Shown: in pieces, positions 9,455 to 18,635 of the stretch | Layout of the letters: every line of letters starts with the position of its first letter | How positions within the stretch are numbered: the first letter of the stretch is position 1 | Source: Klebsiella pneumoniae | GTDB lineage: Bacteria; Pseudomonadota; Gammaproteobacteria; Ga0077536 | Length of the DNA stretch: 64,000 nt | Assembly: GCA_945862315.1 (NCBI GenBank) | Contig: CAMAXW010000007.1 | Span: 3,773 to 67,772 of the forward strand | Reading direction: 5' to 3' | Program-made: the position numbers and the translations under genes | Notes under the pieces: model-generated | Told to the model about the DNA's origin: nothing | Seen by the model: only the letters and a program-made list of their open reading frames with translations | Databases searched by the model: none

Positions 9455-9982
9455 ATGCGCAGGCCCACCCCGGCGCAAACGGTGGGACCCTATTTCAGCT
9501 TGGCACTCGACTGGCCGCAGGCGCATCAAGTGACCCACGAGCCGCCGCTGGGGGTCGCCATTTGTCTGCGTGGTCAAGTGTTCGACGGCGATGACCTGCC
9601 GGTCCCCGATGCGCTCATTGAGATTTGGCAGGCCAATGGCGCGGGCGATTACCCAACGCGCGGTGCCGCGAGCGGGTATGGTTTTGGTCGGGCTAGCGTT
9701 GATAGTGAGGGGCGCTATACTTTTTTGACCCATAAGCCAGGCCCCGTGACCCCGCAGGGAGCGCCGCATATCCATCTCACGCTGTTTGCCCGCGGCCTGA
9801 TGAACCCGCTCGTGACGCGCCTGTATTTTGGCGACGAGGCCGCGCGTAATCAGCACGATCCGGCTCTCGCCCAAGTCCCGCTGGCCCGGCGCGCGACCTT
9901 AATCGCGGCACTCACCGACACCGGCTATTGCTTCGACATCCACCTCCAAGGCCCACTAGAAACCGTGTTCTTCGATGTCTAA
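9455..9982 (+). CDS. pcaG: Protocatechuate 3,4-dioxygenase alpha subunit
   Basis: TPAQTVGPYF, ALIEIWQANGAGDY and HIHLTLFARG are present. The ATG lies 1 nt after the pcaH stop. Confidence 0.85.
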   Translation: MRRPTPAQTVGPYFSLALDWPQAHQVTHEPPLGVAICLRGQVFDGDDLPVPDALIEIWQANGAGDYPTRGAASGYGFGRASVDSEGRYTFLTHKPGPVTPQGAPHIHLTLFARGLMNPLVTRLYFGDEAARNQHDPALAQVPLARRATLIAALTDTGYCFDIHLQGPLETVFFDV

Positions 9983-11186
9983 CGTTGCGCGCGTGCAAGT
10001 CGGCATTATCGGTGCCGGCCCCGCTGGGCTGCTCTTAGGCCGCCTGCTGGGACTCGCCGGCATTCGTTTTGTCATACTCGAACGGCAGACGCGCGCGCAT
10101 GTCGAAACCCGCATTCGGGCCGGGGTACTGGAGCCTGGCAGTGTCGCCTTATTGGACGCCGCAGGCGTCAGCGCGCGGCTGCATCGCGAAGGCCTGATCC
10201 ACGAGGGTTTTGAGATCGCGCGCGGTGAGCAGCGTTTGCGCATCAATTTGCGCGCGCTGACGGGTAAAACCGTGATGGTCTACGGCCAGACCGAGATCAC
10301 TCGCGATTTAAACGCCCAACACGAGGGCGCCGGCAGCCAAATTTTGTATGAATGCGAGGCCGTGACCCCTTTGGATCTCACCGGCCATGCCGCACGGCTG
10401 CGCTGTCGCTGGCAGGGGAAAACCCACGAATTTATCTGCGATTACCTCGCCGGCTGCGACGGCTATCACGGGGTGGCGCGAGCCAGCGTGCCGATGGGTC
10501 TGATGCACCATCTCGAGCGCACGCAGCCCGTGAGTTGGCTGGGTGTGCTGGCCGACACGCCGCCCGTCTCCCCGGAGCTCATCTACGCCTGCCACCCACG
10601 TGGCTTTGCGCTGTGTTCCATGCGCTCGCCCACGCGCAGCCGCTACTATCTGCAGGTGCCAGCCACGGCTACGCTGGACGAGTGGCCAGACGAGCGTTTT
10701 TGGGATGAGTTAGGCCGGCGGCTACCGGCGAGTGTTGCGGCGGCGTTGGTCACGGGGCCCGCCATCGAGAAAAGTCTGGCGCCGCTGCGCGGTTTTGTGG
10801 CCGATCCCCTGCGGCATGGGCGACTATTTCTGGCCGGGGACGCCGCGCACATCGTGCCGCCAACGGGGGCGAAAGGCTTAAACCTCGCGTTTGGCGACGT
10901 GGGCGCGCTGGCAACGGCCCTCGTTGCGTGGTTCAAAACGGGTGCCACCGCGGGTCTCGACGCCTATTCACCTAATCGCTTGGCACAAGTGTGGCAAGCG
11001 CAACGCTTCGCTTGGTGGCTGACGGCCCTGACGCATCGTCTGACAGACTCTGTGTTTGATGAGCGGCTGCAAGCAGCGGAATTTGCCTACCTCGTCGGTT
11101 CTGCCAGCGCGCAGCAAAGTCTGGCCGAAAACTATCTCGGGCTACCCGCGCTCCACGCATCCCCCGCCAGCGCGCCGCGCAGCTAA
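9975..11186 (+). CDS. pobA: 4-hydroxybenzoate 3-monooxygenase
   Basis: It has an FAD fingerprint VGIIGAGPAGLLLG and the PobA-type segment RLFLAGDAAHIVPPTGAKGLNLA. It overlaps pcaG by 8 nt. Confidence 0.85.
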   Translation: MSNVARVQVGIIGAGPAGLLLGRLLGLAGIRFVILERQTRAHVETRIRAGVLEPGSVALLDAAGVSARLHREGLIHEGFEIARGEQRLRINLRALTGKTVMVYGQTEITRDLNAQHEGAGSQILYECEAVTPLDLTGHAARLRCRWQGKTHEFICDYLAGCDGYHGVARASVPMGLMHHLERTQPVSWLGVLADTPPVSPELIYACHPRGFALCSMRSPTRSRYYLQVPATATLDEWPDERFWDELGRRLPASVAAALVTGPAIEKSLAPLRGFVADPLRHGRLFLAGDAAHIVPPTGAKGLNLAFGDVGALATALVAWFKTGATAGLDAYSPNRLAQVWQAQRFAWWLTALTHRLTDSVFDERLQAAEFAYLVGSASAQQSLAENYLGLPALHASPASAPRS

Positions 11187-11212
11187 TGCATCAAGACAAA
11201 CCCTAGGCCGCC

Positions 11213-12559
11213 ATGGATTTTAGCCCGCTCACGACCACCGCCTATTTGGGCGGCGAGGACCTCGCCGAGTGCTTTGCGCCACCGGCCATGCTCGCCCATA
11301 TGCTGCAATTTGAGGCCACGCTGGCCTCTGCACAAGCGGCGTTAGGACTCATCCCGCGGGACGCCGCAGCGCTCATCGCGCAGTGCGCTCAAAACACCCC
11401 GTTCGACTTGGCCAACATCGCCGCGCAGAGCGTGGAAGCCAGTAATCCCGCCATTCCACTGGTGAATCTCCTCACCTTGGCCGTTGAGGGAAAAGACGCC
11501 AAGGCGGCGCGTTACGTCCATTGGGGATCGACCAGTCAGGATGTCATGGACAGCGCTTTAATGATGGCCGCGCGCGTGGCCAGCGCACGACTGAACGCCC
11601 ATCTAGACGCGCTGATAGCCCTGCTCTGCCCGCTCGCCGAGCGCCACCGAACCACGCTCATGCCGGCCCGCACGCTCTCGCAGCACGCCGGGCCGACGAC
11701 CTTCGGTCTGAAGGTCGCCGGTTGGTTGATGGGTCTGGTGGGCGCGCGCGCGCGCATGCTGAGTCTGCAGGCGATATTACCGGTGCAATGCGGGGGTGCG
11801 ACGGGCACCTTGGCGAGCTTCGGCACGCAGGGTCTTGAGTTGGCACTAGGCCTCGCCGCCGGGCTGGGATTAAGCAACGCCGGACCTTGGCAAACCGAGC
11901 GCAGCGTCGTGCGCGAGTTGGCGTCGGGGGTCGCTAATGTGGCCGCCGCGGTTGGCAAAATCGCCCACGACATCGTGCTGATGGCCCAAACCGAAGTCGC
12001 TGAACTGCGCGAAGCGACGAGCCCGGGGCGCGGTGGTTCGTCGGCCTTGCCACACAAACAAAATCCGGTGGGGGCGATTGCGGCCGGTGCTGCAGCCCGA
12101 CGCGCGCCGGGTGCACTGGCCACCGTGTTTGCCGCTTTTGATCAGAGCCACGAACGGGCGAGCGGCGCCTGGCACGCAGAATCCTGCGCGCTGGTCGACC
12201 TCTTCGTCTACGCAGGTGGCGCGTTGGCTGGTCTGCGGCGTTCCTTGGCCGGCATCGAGGTAGATACCCAAGCGATGCGGCGTAATTTCGATCTCACTTT
12301 AGGACTGCTGATGAGTGAAGCCGTGAGCAGGGCGTTGACCCCGGCGCTGGGACGCACCGGCGCGCAGGCGCTGGTGGCACAAGCAAGCGCCGTGGTGCGT
12401 GCCGAAGGCCGCACCTTGGCCGCTGTTCTGGGTGAATCGGCCAGTGTTCGCGAGCATCTCGGCGCGCAAGGCTTGGCCCAAGCGCTCGATCCTTACGCGC
12501 AACTTGGCAGCGCTGACCGCTTAATCAGCGGCGCACTAGCCCGCGCTATCGCAGGCTAA
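11213..12559 (+). CDS. pcaB: 3-carboxy-cis,cis-muconate cycloisomerase
   Basis: It carries the fumarate-lyase superfamily signature GSSALPHKQNP and is the right length. The symbol follows from the pca context. Confidence 0.8.
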   Translation: MDFSPLTTTAYLGGEDLAECFAPPAMLAHMLQFEATLASAQAALGLIPRDAAALIAQCAQNTPFDLANIAAQSVEASNPAIPLVNLLTLAVEGKDAKAARYVHWGSTSQDVMDSALMMAARVASARLNAHLDALIALLCPLAERHRTTLMPARTLSQHAGPTTFGLKVAGWLMGLVGARARMLSLQAILPVQCGGATGTLASFGTQGLELALGLAAGLGLSNAGPWQTERSVVRELASGVANVAAAVGKIAHDIVLMAQTEVAELREATSPGRGGSSALPHKQNPVGAIAAGAAARRAPGALATVFAAFDQSHERASGAWHAESCALVDLFVYAGGALAGLRRSLAGIEVDTQAMRRNFDLTLGLLMSEAVSRALTPALGRTGAQALVAQASAVVRAEGRTLAAVLGESASVREHLGAQGLAQALDPYAQLGSADRLISGALARAIAG

Positions 12560-12830
12560 GCCCCGCCTGCGCACGCAGATCAGGCTAGCCATCGGTACCG
12601 ACGCACCGCGCCTCGTTGTCGGCACCAGCGATGACGACAGAATCGTGCGTGCTCGCGCACCCGCAGTGTGGGTCATGCACAGTCCCAGCACTGACGTCCT
12701 CGCCTGGCGGGGATCACGTTTCTGTAGAGGAAGCCAGCACAGACGCCCCGGCTATGCGTCAGTAGTCCGTCAACCGCTTGAGATCTCCATCATCGAGGGT
12801 AGTCCTTGGATCAAGCGGGGGCGTCGATAG

Positions 12831-13799
12831 CTACTCGCTGCGCGGCACCCGCGCGCGGGGGCGGGCTGACGGGTTTCGGAGCTTGGCGCGCAGGCTATCG
12901 ATCTCGATGAGCACCTCGTCGATGAAACCTTTCGCTGCCGCTGGAACCGGCCGGTCGGCGAGTGTGGCGATGACGCCCGGCGATTCAATATGAGACAGGT
13001 CGGCAATGTCGAGCATTGCGAAGTCGCGCGGCGACAGTTCCGCAGGAAACGTGTTGATCACGCTCGCCGTGACGGCATCGGTCGCGCGGACGATGCGTCG
13101 GATCACAGTGAGGTCCTCGGCGCGCAGGAATAGGTCGTGAAGCTCTTCGCTTGACCGGCCGCCACCGTACTGTTCTGCCAGCCACCTCAGATACCAACTC
13201 GGCAGTTTGGGCACCAGGAGCGGGTAGGGCAGCACGTCTTTGATATGGAGGGCGGGCAACAAGGTCAGCGGGTGATCGTGCCGGCACAAAATTACCGGCG
13301 AGGACAACGCGAAAGTTTGCGCGCGAATGCCTGCATCCAGATTCTCGAAAGGCGATCCCACGTAGACATCGACCTTGCGCGTGAGCAGATCGTTCTGGAG
13401 TTCGTCCCAGCCCTGCGTACGCAGTCGAAAGCGCAGTTTCGGGTGCTTGCGCAACAGGCGTGCTAATGCGGGTGCCACGATGCTGTCGGCCATCCAGGGG
13501 TCGGAGCCGATCACCACTTGGCCGCTCGCGAGGTTCCGCAGCAAATCGATCTCCCGTCGGGCTTCGTCGATTGTGCTGGTGGCCTGTCGCGCGACGCGCG
13601 CCAGGATCTCGCCGAATTCCGTCGCGTTGACGCCGCTCCGCCCGCGCACGAAGAGGGGTACGCCATAGGCCTCCTCGAGACGATGGATGCTCACCGACAG
13701 CGCCGACTGGGTCAGGTGCAGCGCCTCGGCCGCTCGCCGGTAATTACGGTGCTCGCACAGCGCAAGTACATGGCGCAGTTGGCGAATAGAATCAGTCAT
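12831..13799 (-). CDS. LysR-family transcriptional regulator, divergent from alkB
   Basis: The N-terminal wHTH is LRHVLALCEHRNYRRAAEALHLTQSALSVSIHRLEE, followed by a LysR substrate-binding domain of the expected length. Confidence 0.85.
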   Translation of the reverse strand: MTDSIRQLRHVLALCEHRNYRRAAEALHLTQSALSVSIHRLEEAYGVPLFVRGRSGVNATEFGEILARVARQATSTIDEARREIDLLRNLASGQVVIGSDPWMADSIVAPALARLLRKHPKLRFRLRTQGWDELQNDLLTRKVDVYVGSPFENLDAGIRAQTFALSSPVILCRHDHPLTLLPALHIKDVLPYPLLVPKLPSWYLRWLAEQYGGGRSSEELHDLFLRAEDLTVIRRIVRATDAVTASVINTFPAELSPRDFAMLDIADLSHIESPGVIATLADRPVPAAAKGFIDEVLIEIDSLRAKLRNPSARPRARVPRSE

Positions 13800-13832
13800 G
13801 ACAAAAAATCATCGAAAGAAAGATTAATTTGC

Positions 13833-13844
13833 ATTGGACACAAT
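13833..13844. promoter_or_regulatory. ATTG-N4-CAAT palindrome in the LysR/alkB divergent spacer (candidate LysR box)
   Basis: The sequence is attggacacaat. It lies in the A/T-rich part of the 105-bp spacer. Confidence 0.2.
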
Positions 13845-13904
13845 CATCGCAGGCCTGTCATCTTCTGCCTCACCACGCAATCGCACCGATGAGGAGCAAC
13901 GCAG

Positions 13905-15092
13905 ATGTCACTTCAAGCCCTGAGCGCTGACGGACACACGGTCACCTATACCGACCGCCGTCGCTGGTTGTGGTCCCTGTCCCTCGCCTGGCCACTGATG
14001 CCGGTGGCGGCCTGCTGGCTCGCTGTCAGCTCCGGCCAACCCGCATGGTTCTGGGCCACGCTCGCGGTCTGGTACGTGGCGGTGCCCGTGCTCGATCACT
14101 TGTTGCCAGTGGATGCCAGCAACCCACCGCAGGAGGTGATGGAGCAGCTCGACGCGGAGCGCTACTACCGTGTCTTGACCTATTTGACCGTCCCGATCCA
14201 CTACTTCACGTTGCTCTACACCGCCTATGTCGTCGGCACGCAGAACCTGCCGTGGCACGCCCTGCTCGGATTGGCGCTGTCGGTGGGCGTGGTGAATGGT
14301 CTCGCGATTAACACCGGGCACGAGCTCGGCCACAAGAACACCAAACTCGAGCGCTGGCTGGCGAAGATCGTGCTGGCGGTGGTTGGCTACGGTCATTTCT
14401 TCATTGAGCACAACCGCGGCCACCACGTTGATGTGGCCACGCCGCAAGATCCGGCGAGCGCGAAGATGGGACAGAGCATTTATGGCTTTGCCTGTTCGGA
14501 AATCCCAGGCGCCATACGCCGGGCATGGGCCTCAGAGAAAACGCGTCTGGCGCGTTGCGGTAAAGGCCCTTGGACACTCGCCAACGAAGTGCTGCAGCCG
14601 CTCCTGATCACCTTGGTGCTGTACGGCGGGCTGCTGTACGCCTTAGGTTGGGTCATCGTGCCATTCTTGTTCCTGCAGGCTTTCTGGGGGTGGTTCGGTA
14701 TTCTTACCAGCGCCAACTACATCGAGCATTACGGACTGCTGCGGCAAAAGCTGGAAAACGGGCGCTACGAACGCTGCCAGCCGCACCATTCGTGGAATTC
14801 CAACCACGTGATGTCCAATATGATCCTGTTCAACCTGCAACGTCACTCCGACCACCATGCCTTCCCGATGCGGCGTTACCAGAGTCTGTGCAGCTTTCAG
14901 AAGCTGCCCGAATTGCCGAGCGGTTACCCGCTGATGTTCGGCATCGCATTGATCCCGCCGTTGTGGTTCGCACTGATGGACCCCCGGGTGGTGGCGTGGG
15001 CGGACGGCGATATGACTAAACTCAACGTGCTGCCGGCGATGCGGGAGCAGCTGGTGCGGCGTTACGCGCGCGACCGGGCAGCCACAGCATGA
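13905..15092 (+). CDS. alkB: Alkane 1-monooxygenase (integral-membrane di-iron hydroxylase)
   Basis: The histidine boxes HELGHK, EHNRGHH and LQRHSDHH are present, together with NYIEHYGL and an N-terminal TM region. Confidence 0.9.
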   Translation: MSLQALSADGHTVTYTDRRRWLWSLSLAWPLMPVAACWLAVSSGQPAWFWATLAVWYVAVPVLDHLLPVDASNPPQEVMEQLDAERYYRVLTYLTVPIHYFTLLYTAYVVGTQNLPWHALLGLALSVGVVNGLAINTGHELGHKNTKLERWLAKIVLAVVGYGHFFIEHNRGHHVDVATPQDPASAKMGQSIYGFACSEIPGAIRRAWASEKTRLARCGKGPWTLANEVLQPLLITLVLYGGLLYALGWVIVPFLFLQAFWGWFGILTSANYIEHYGLLRQKLENGRYERCQPHHSWNSNHVMSNMILFNLQRHSDHHAFPMRRYQSLCSFQKLPELPSGYPLMFGIALIPPLWFALMDPRVVAWADGDMTKLNVLPAMREQLVRRYARDRAATA

Positions 15093-15295
15093 GCCCCGCC
15101 ACCGAGGCTTACCGCTGTCCGGGCTGCGGCTACACCTACCTGACCGCGCAAGGCGCCCCGCATGAGGGCTTCGCGCCCGGCACGCCTTGGTCGGCCATTC
15201 CGGAGAACTGGGCATGCCCTGACTGCGCGGTTCGGGAGAAGCCCGATTTCATCGCGATACCGAACAGCGCCCAGGTCGTGCCCGGCACGCCCTGA
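15089..15295 (+). CDS. rubA: Rubredoxin
   Basis: Two Cys pairs are present, CPGCGY and CPDCAV, with a WxCP context. It overlaps alkB by ATGA. Confidence 0.85.
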   Translation: MSPATEAYRCPGCGYTYLTAQGAPHEGFAPGTPWSAIPENWACPDCAVREKPDFIAIPNSAQVVPGTP

Positions 15296-15496
15296 GTGCC
15301 GAGAGCCACCGCGAGTCGGGCGCAGGCGGCCGGCCAACGCACCCTGTTGGCCACTGCCAAACTCAACGACCTTGACCCTGCGACTTGGCTTAAAGACACG
15401 CTGGAAAAACTCCCTAGCTGGCCGAATAGCCGCATCGATGCGTTATTGCCGCTGGCGCGCATCGTCTGAGCAAAGGTGGGGCGGCTGGACGCCTAC
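15296..15496 (+). mobile_element. IS66-family relic: last ~55 codons of the transposase plus the right terminal inverted repeat
   Basis: Translation gives ...QRTLLATAKLNDLDPATWLKDTLEKLPSWPNSRIDALLPLARIV*, with the stop at 15467-15469. This is typical of the IS66 TnpC C-terminus. The segment ends ...ggctggacgcctac, whose reverse complement GTAGGCGTCCAGCC resembles the IS66 IR GTAAGCG... Confidence 0.7.
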
Positions 15497-15820
15497 CCTA
15501 AAGGGGCGTGGGTGATGGCAGCCACTCCTTGGGAACGCAGGCCGGGAGACGCCGACGTCTTTCAATATCGCCACCTCCTCGTCTGCCGCAGGCGACCTTC
15601 GGCACCGGCATCTAGGTCGGTGTTGGACCTTCGCCAGCCCGCCAAAAAACGGCTTTGCAGCTCGGCGCAAGGGTAAAAAGGGAATCGCTCGCGTGCCGGT
15701 ACCGTCCACTGTTTTGGCTTGAGGCAACGCGCTGCACGGCATGGCGGCACCTGCTGTTGCGTTGATCAATCTCTAGCGGAAATTAAAAAAATTAAGAGAG
15801 CCAAAGTGTTAATAAGGTTT

Positions 15821-15866
15821 TTGAATAATATTTCTTGAAAATACCAATAACTTATTGAATTATATT
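15821..15866. repeat. Two copies of TTGAAT(A/T)ATATT, 34 bp apart, inside a ~100-bp AT-rich block
   Basis: 15821-15832 is ttgaataatatt and 15855-15866 is ttgaattatatt, 11 of 12 identical. Confidence 0.7.
15835..15863 (+). promoter_or_regulatory. Candidate sigma70 promoter for the fadL-like gene
   Basis: TTGAAA, a 17-bp spacer, then AATTAT. It lies about 80 nt upstream of the ATG at 15947. Confidence 0.3.
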
Positions 15867-15946
15867 GAGCCCCCCTACTCTGCCGCAGTGCCTTAGTCAT
15901 AGCGGCCTTGGGATCCCGACGCTACCGAACTAAAAGGATGTTACCC

Positions 15947-17263
15947 ATGCCGTCACGCCCCTGTGTCAAAACTGTTTTGCTGGGTCTTGCTGTGGGCCTG
16001 CTGTATTGCACCAACGCCGCCGCCATCAACGGCTATTTTCTACTGGGCTACGGCGCCAAGCAGCTCGGGGTGGCGGGCGTCGGCGTCGCACTGCCACAGG
16101 ACCGCCTCGCCGCGGCCATCAATCCGGCCGGGATGGCGCTGGTGGAGCCTGGGTTCGATGGGGGAATTGCGCTGATGAACCCCCGGCGCGGGGCGGAGAT
16201 TGACTGTCGCGGCATCGGCGCCTGCGACACGGTAGTCGGCGACAACTCGCGCCGAGAATTCTTCCAAATACCCAGCTTTGGCTACAGCCGACGGCTCGAC
16301 CCCACGACCACGCTAGGCCTGACGATGTACGCTAACGGCGGGCTCAATTCGACCTACGACCGGGCCATCTTCGATGAAGCTGCCGCGCGCATCGCAGGGT
16401 TTCCACCCCCGGGTAGGATACAAAAAGACAAACTTGGCCTTGATCTAGCGCAGTTTGTGTTTGCCCCCAGCCTGTCGCGCAGGCTAACCCCCGACCTCGC
16501 CGTGGGCATCGCCCCGCTGTTCCAAATTGAGCGCGTCAAGGCCTATGGTTTACAGTCGTTTGCGCGTCTGTCGAGCGATCCCACCAGTGTGAGCAATCGT
16601 GGTGCCGAATACTTGTTCGGCGGCGGCGTGCGGGCGGGCTTTATCTGGTCAGTCTTGCCAAAACTGAAGTTTGGCGCGCAGTTCTCCTCACCCATCTACA
16701 TGCAGGACTCCATCAAGTACAACGGGTTGTTCGCACAAGACGGCAGCTTCGACGTGCCGGCACATTTCACTTTGGGATTGGCCTACCAGCTAAAACCTGC
16801 GATCACCCTCGCGTTTGACTACCAAAATATCCGCTACGGCGACATTGACGCGCTGGCCAACCCGCCACCGACGCTGGCGGAGTTTCAAGGCAATATCGCA
16901 CCAGAACGTCGCTTGGGTGGCCGCGAGGGCATCGGTTTTGGCTGGCGCAGCCAAAACGTTTACCGCCTCGCCGGCTTGTGGGCGTTCAATCCTAAAACCA
17001 GCTTTCGGCTGGGATATTCTTATTGCAGTTCACAACTCACTACCTCGGCGATCCTTATCAACGTGCCGTTACCCTCGGTGATGCCGCATAAGCTCACGGG
17101 GGGGTTCACTTACGAGGTATCTGCGCAAAACGCCTTCTCGCTGGGCTATATGCATGGTTTTTCGGGCGAAAAACACGACAACAGCACGGAGTTGTTTGGT
17201 GCGTCGGCCAAGCTGTGGGCCAGCGGCGACATCGCAGAATTGGCCTGGCATCACAATTATTGA
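15947..17263 (+). CDS. FadL/TodX-family outer-membrane transporter for hydrophobic compounds
   Basis: It has a signal peptide (MPSRPCVKTVLLGLAVGLLYCTNAAA) and the N-terminal hatch motif NGYFLLGYGAKQLGVAGVGVA. It has beta-barrel-like alternation and ends with aromatic residues. An AAGGA Shine-Dalgarno lies 8 nt before the 15947 ATG. Confidence 0.75.
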   Translation: MPSRPCVKTVLLGLAVGLLYCTNAAAINGYFLLGYGAKQLGVAGVGVALPQDRLAAAINPAGMALVEPGFDGGIALMNPRRGAEIDCRGIGACDTVVGDNSRREFFQIPSFGYSRRLDPTTTLGLTMYANGGLNSTYDRAIFDEAAARIAGFPPPGRIQKDKLGLDLAQFVFAPSLSRRLTPDLAVGIAPLFQIERVKAYGLQSFARLSSDPTSVSNRGAEYLFGGGVRAGFIWSVLPKLKFGAQFSSPIYMQDSIKYNGLFAQDGSFDVPAHFTLGLAYQLKPAITLAFDYQNIRYGDIDALANPPPTLAEFQGNIAPERRLGGREGIGFGWRSQNVYRLAGLWAFNPKTSFRLGYSYCSSQLTTSAILINVPLPSVMPHKLTGGFTYEVSAQNAFSLGYMHGFSGEKHDNSTELFGASAKLWASGDIAELAWHHNY

Positions 17264-17420
17264 GCGTGACAGTGGTGGTTCAGTCGCATCGCACGAGCCC
17301 GCGGGGGGTGCGGGATTTTGCGTTTAAGGTGCTCAGGGAATTTTATCGCGGCGGTTTTTCTGGCTTAGAGCCGGGTAGAATTTCGCCGCACATGGCTGCC
17401 GCGCAGCTATTTAAGGGCGC

Positions 17421-18635
17421 TCACCACGCATCTTCTAGCACCCCGATGACATCGGCCGCCGAACTCACCGGGCGCGGGTTAGTCGCTACCACCAGATCTT
17501 CTAGCGCATCTTTGGCGAGCGCCGGAAAATCCTCGCGGCCCACACCCACTTCGCGCAAACGCTGCGGTAACGCCAAATCCTGCACCAATTGCACAATTGC
17601 GTGGCGGCCCGCCGCCGCCGCGTCGGCTGGGGTCAGATCGCGGATATCAACCCCAAGGCATTCGGCGATATCAGCCTGACGCGTGCCAACATGCGCCTGA
17701 TTAAAACGCATCACCGCCGGCATCATGACGCACGAAGTAACCCCGTGCGGCACGTTGTTGCGCGCGCCCAGTTGATGGCCAATGCCGTGACTGAGGCCCA
17801 AATTGACATTGGCAAGACCGCACACCGACATCCACGCGGCGAGCTGCGCTTGAGTCCGCGCCCCGAGATCCTCGGGCGTTGCTTTGCAATCGCGCAAAAA
17901 TCGCCCCAACATCGCCAGCGCCCGCGTGGCCAAGGCATCGGTAAAGGGATGGGCGTTGTTGGAGCAGAGCGCTTCCACACAATGGTCCACCGAACGCATC
18001 CCGGTGGAGAGCCACAACCACAGTGGGGTGGCGAGCGTGAGATTGGCGTCGAGAAAGACCGCACGCGCAGTGAGTTTGCGGTCGATGTAGAGGTCCTTAA
18101 CCTGCCGGACTTCGTCCGTAATGCCCGCGAAATGCGTAAATTCTCCACCGGACAGCGTGGTAGAAATAGCCACCATAGGCAGCGCGGGACCCGCGATCGG
18201 CGGCACCTCGACCGTCGCGGGATATTCGAACTTCACCCGCATCCGTTCAAAATCTGCTGCCGCTTGAATATTTTCTGCCAGCGCCAACACCACCGCCTTA
18301 CCCGTATCGTTGGGTGTGCCGCCGCCAAAGGACACAATGCCATCGGCGTTGATTTCACGCGCCCGGGCAGCGGCTTTCAAGACGGACTGACGATGCACAT
18401 GTTGGATGGTGTCGTGGAATACGGCGGCAATCCGCCCACCCGCCGCCGCCGTCACCCGTGACACCAAATCGGTTTGGGTAGCAAGCGTGGTACCGGTAAT
18501 CAACAACGCACGCTCAATCCCGTGCGCCGCTAGCACGGCCCCCAAACCATCAATCGCACCCGGTCCGTAATGCACAGACTCGAGCGGCAATAAAGTGAAG
18601 GTGCCTGAGGCCACGGGTCGGTCGAGCGTATACAT
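17421..18635 (-). CDS. Iron-containing (group III) alcohol dehydrogenase / maleylacetate-reductase-like oxidoreductase
   Basis: The Fe-ADH motif GGGTPNDTGKA and metal-binding His residues (HCVEAL, HGIGHQLG) are present. Confidence 0.8.
   Translation of the reverse strand: MYTLDRPVASGTFTLLPLESVHYGPGAIDGLGAVLAAHGIERALLITGTTLATQTDLVSRVTAAAGGRIAAVFHDTIQHVHRQSVLKAAARAREINADGIVSFGGGTPNDTGKAVVLALAENIQAAADFERMRVKFEYPATVEVPPIAGPALPMVAISTTLSGGEFTHFAGITDEVRQVKDLYIDRKLTARAVFLDANLTLATPLWLWLSTGMRSVDHCVEALCSNNAHPFTDALATRALAMLGRFLRDCKATPEDLGARTQAQLAAWMSVCGLANVNLGLSHGIGHQLGARNNVPHGVTSCVMMPAVMRFNQAHVGTRQADIAECLGVDIRDLTPADAAAAGRHAIVQLVQDLALPQRLREVGVGREDFPALAKDALEDLVVATNPRPVSSAADVIGVLEDAW

Noticed and set aside
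15497-15774. Further coding remnant or ncRNA between the IS66 end and the AT-rich block
   Set aside because: All six frames give Arg/Pro/Gly-rich nonsense with no motifs and no stable hairpins. This is probably degraded flanking DNA.
17589-18461. 290-aa plus-strand ORF inside the Fe-ADH gene. Similar cases are 8608-9267, 11536-12123, 13908-14447 and 14643-15215.
   Set aside because: All lie antisense to or out of frame with genes that carry clear catalytic motifs. Their translations are Arg/Gly/His-rich with no recognisable domains or Shine-Dalgarno sequences.
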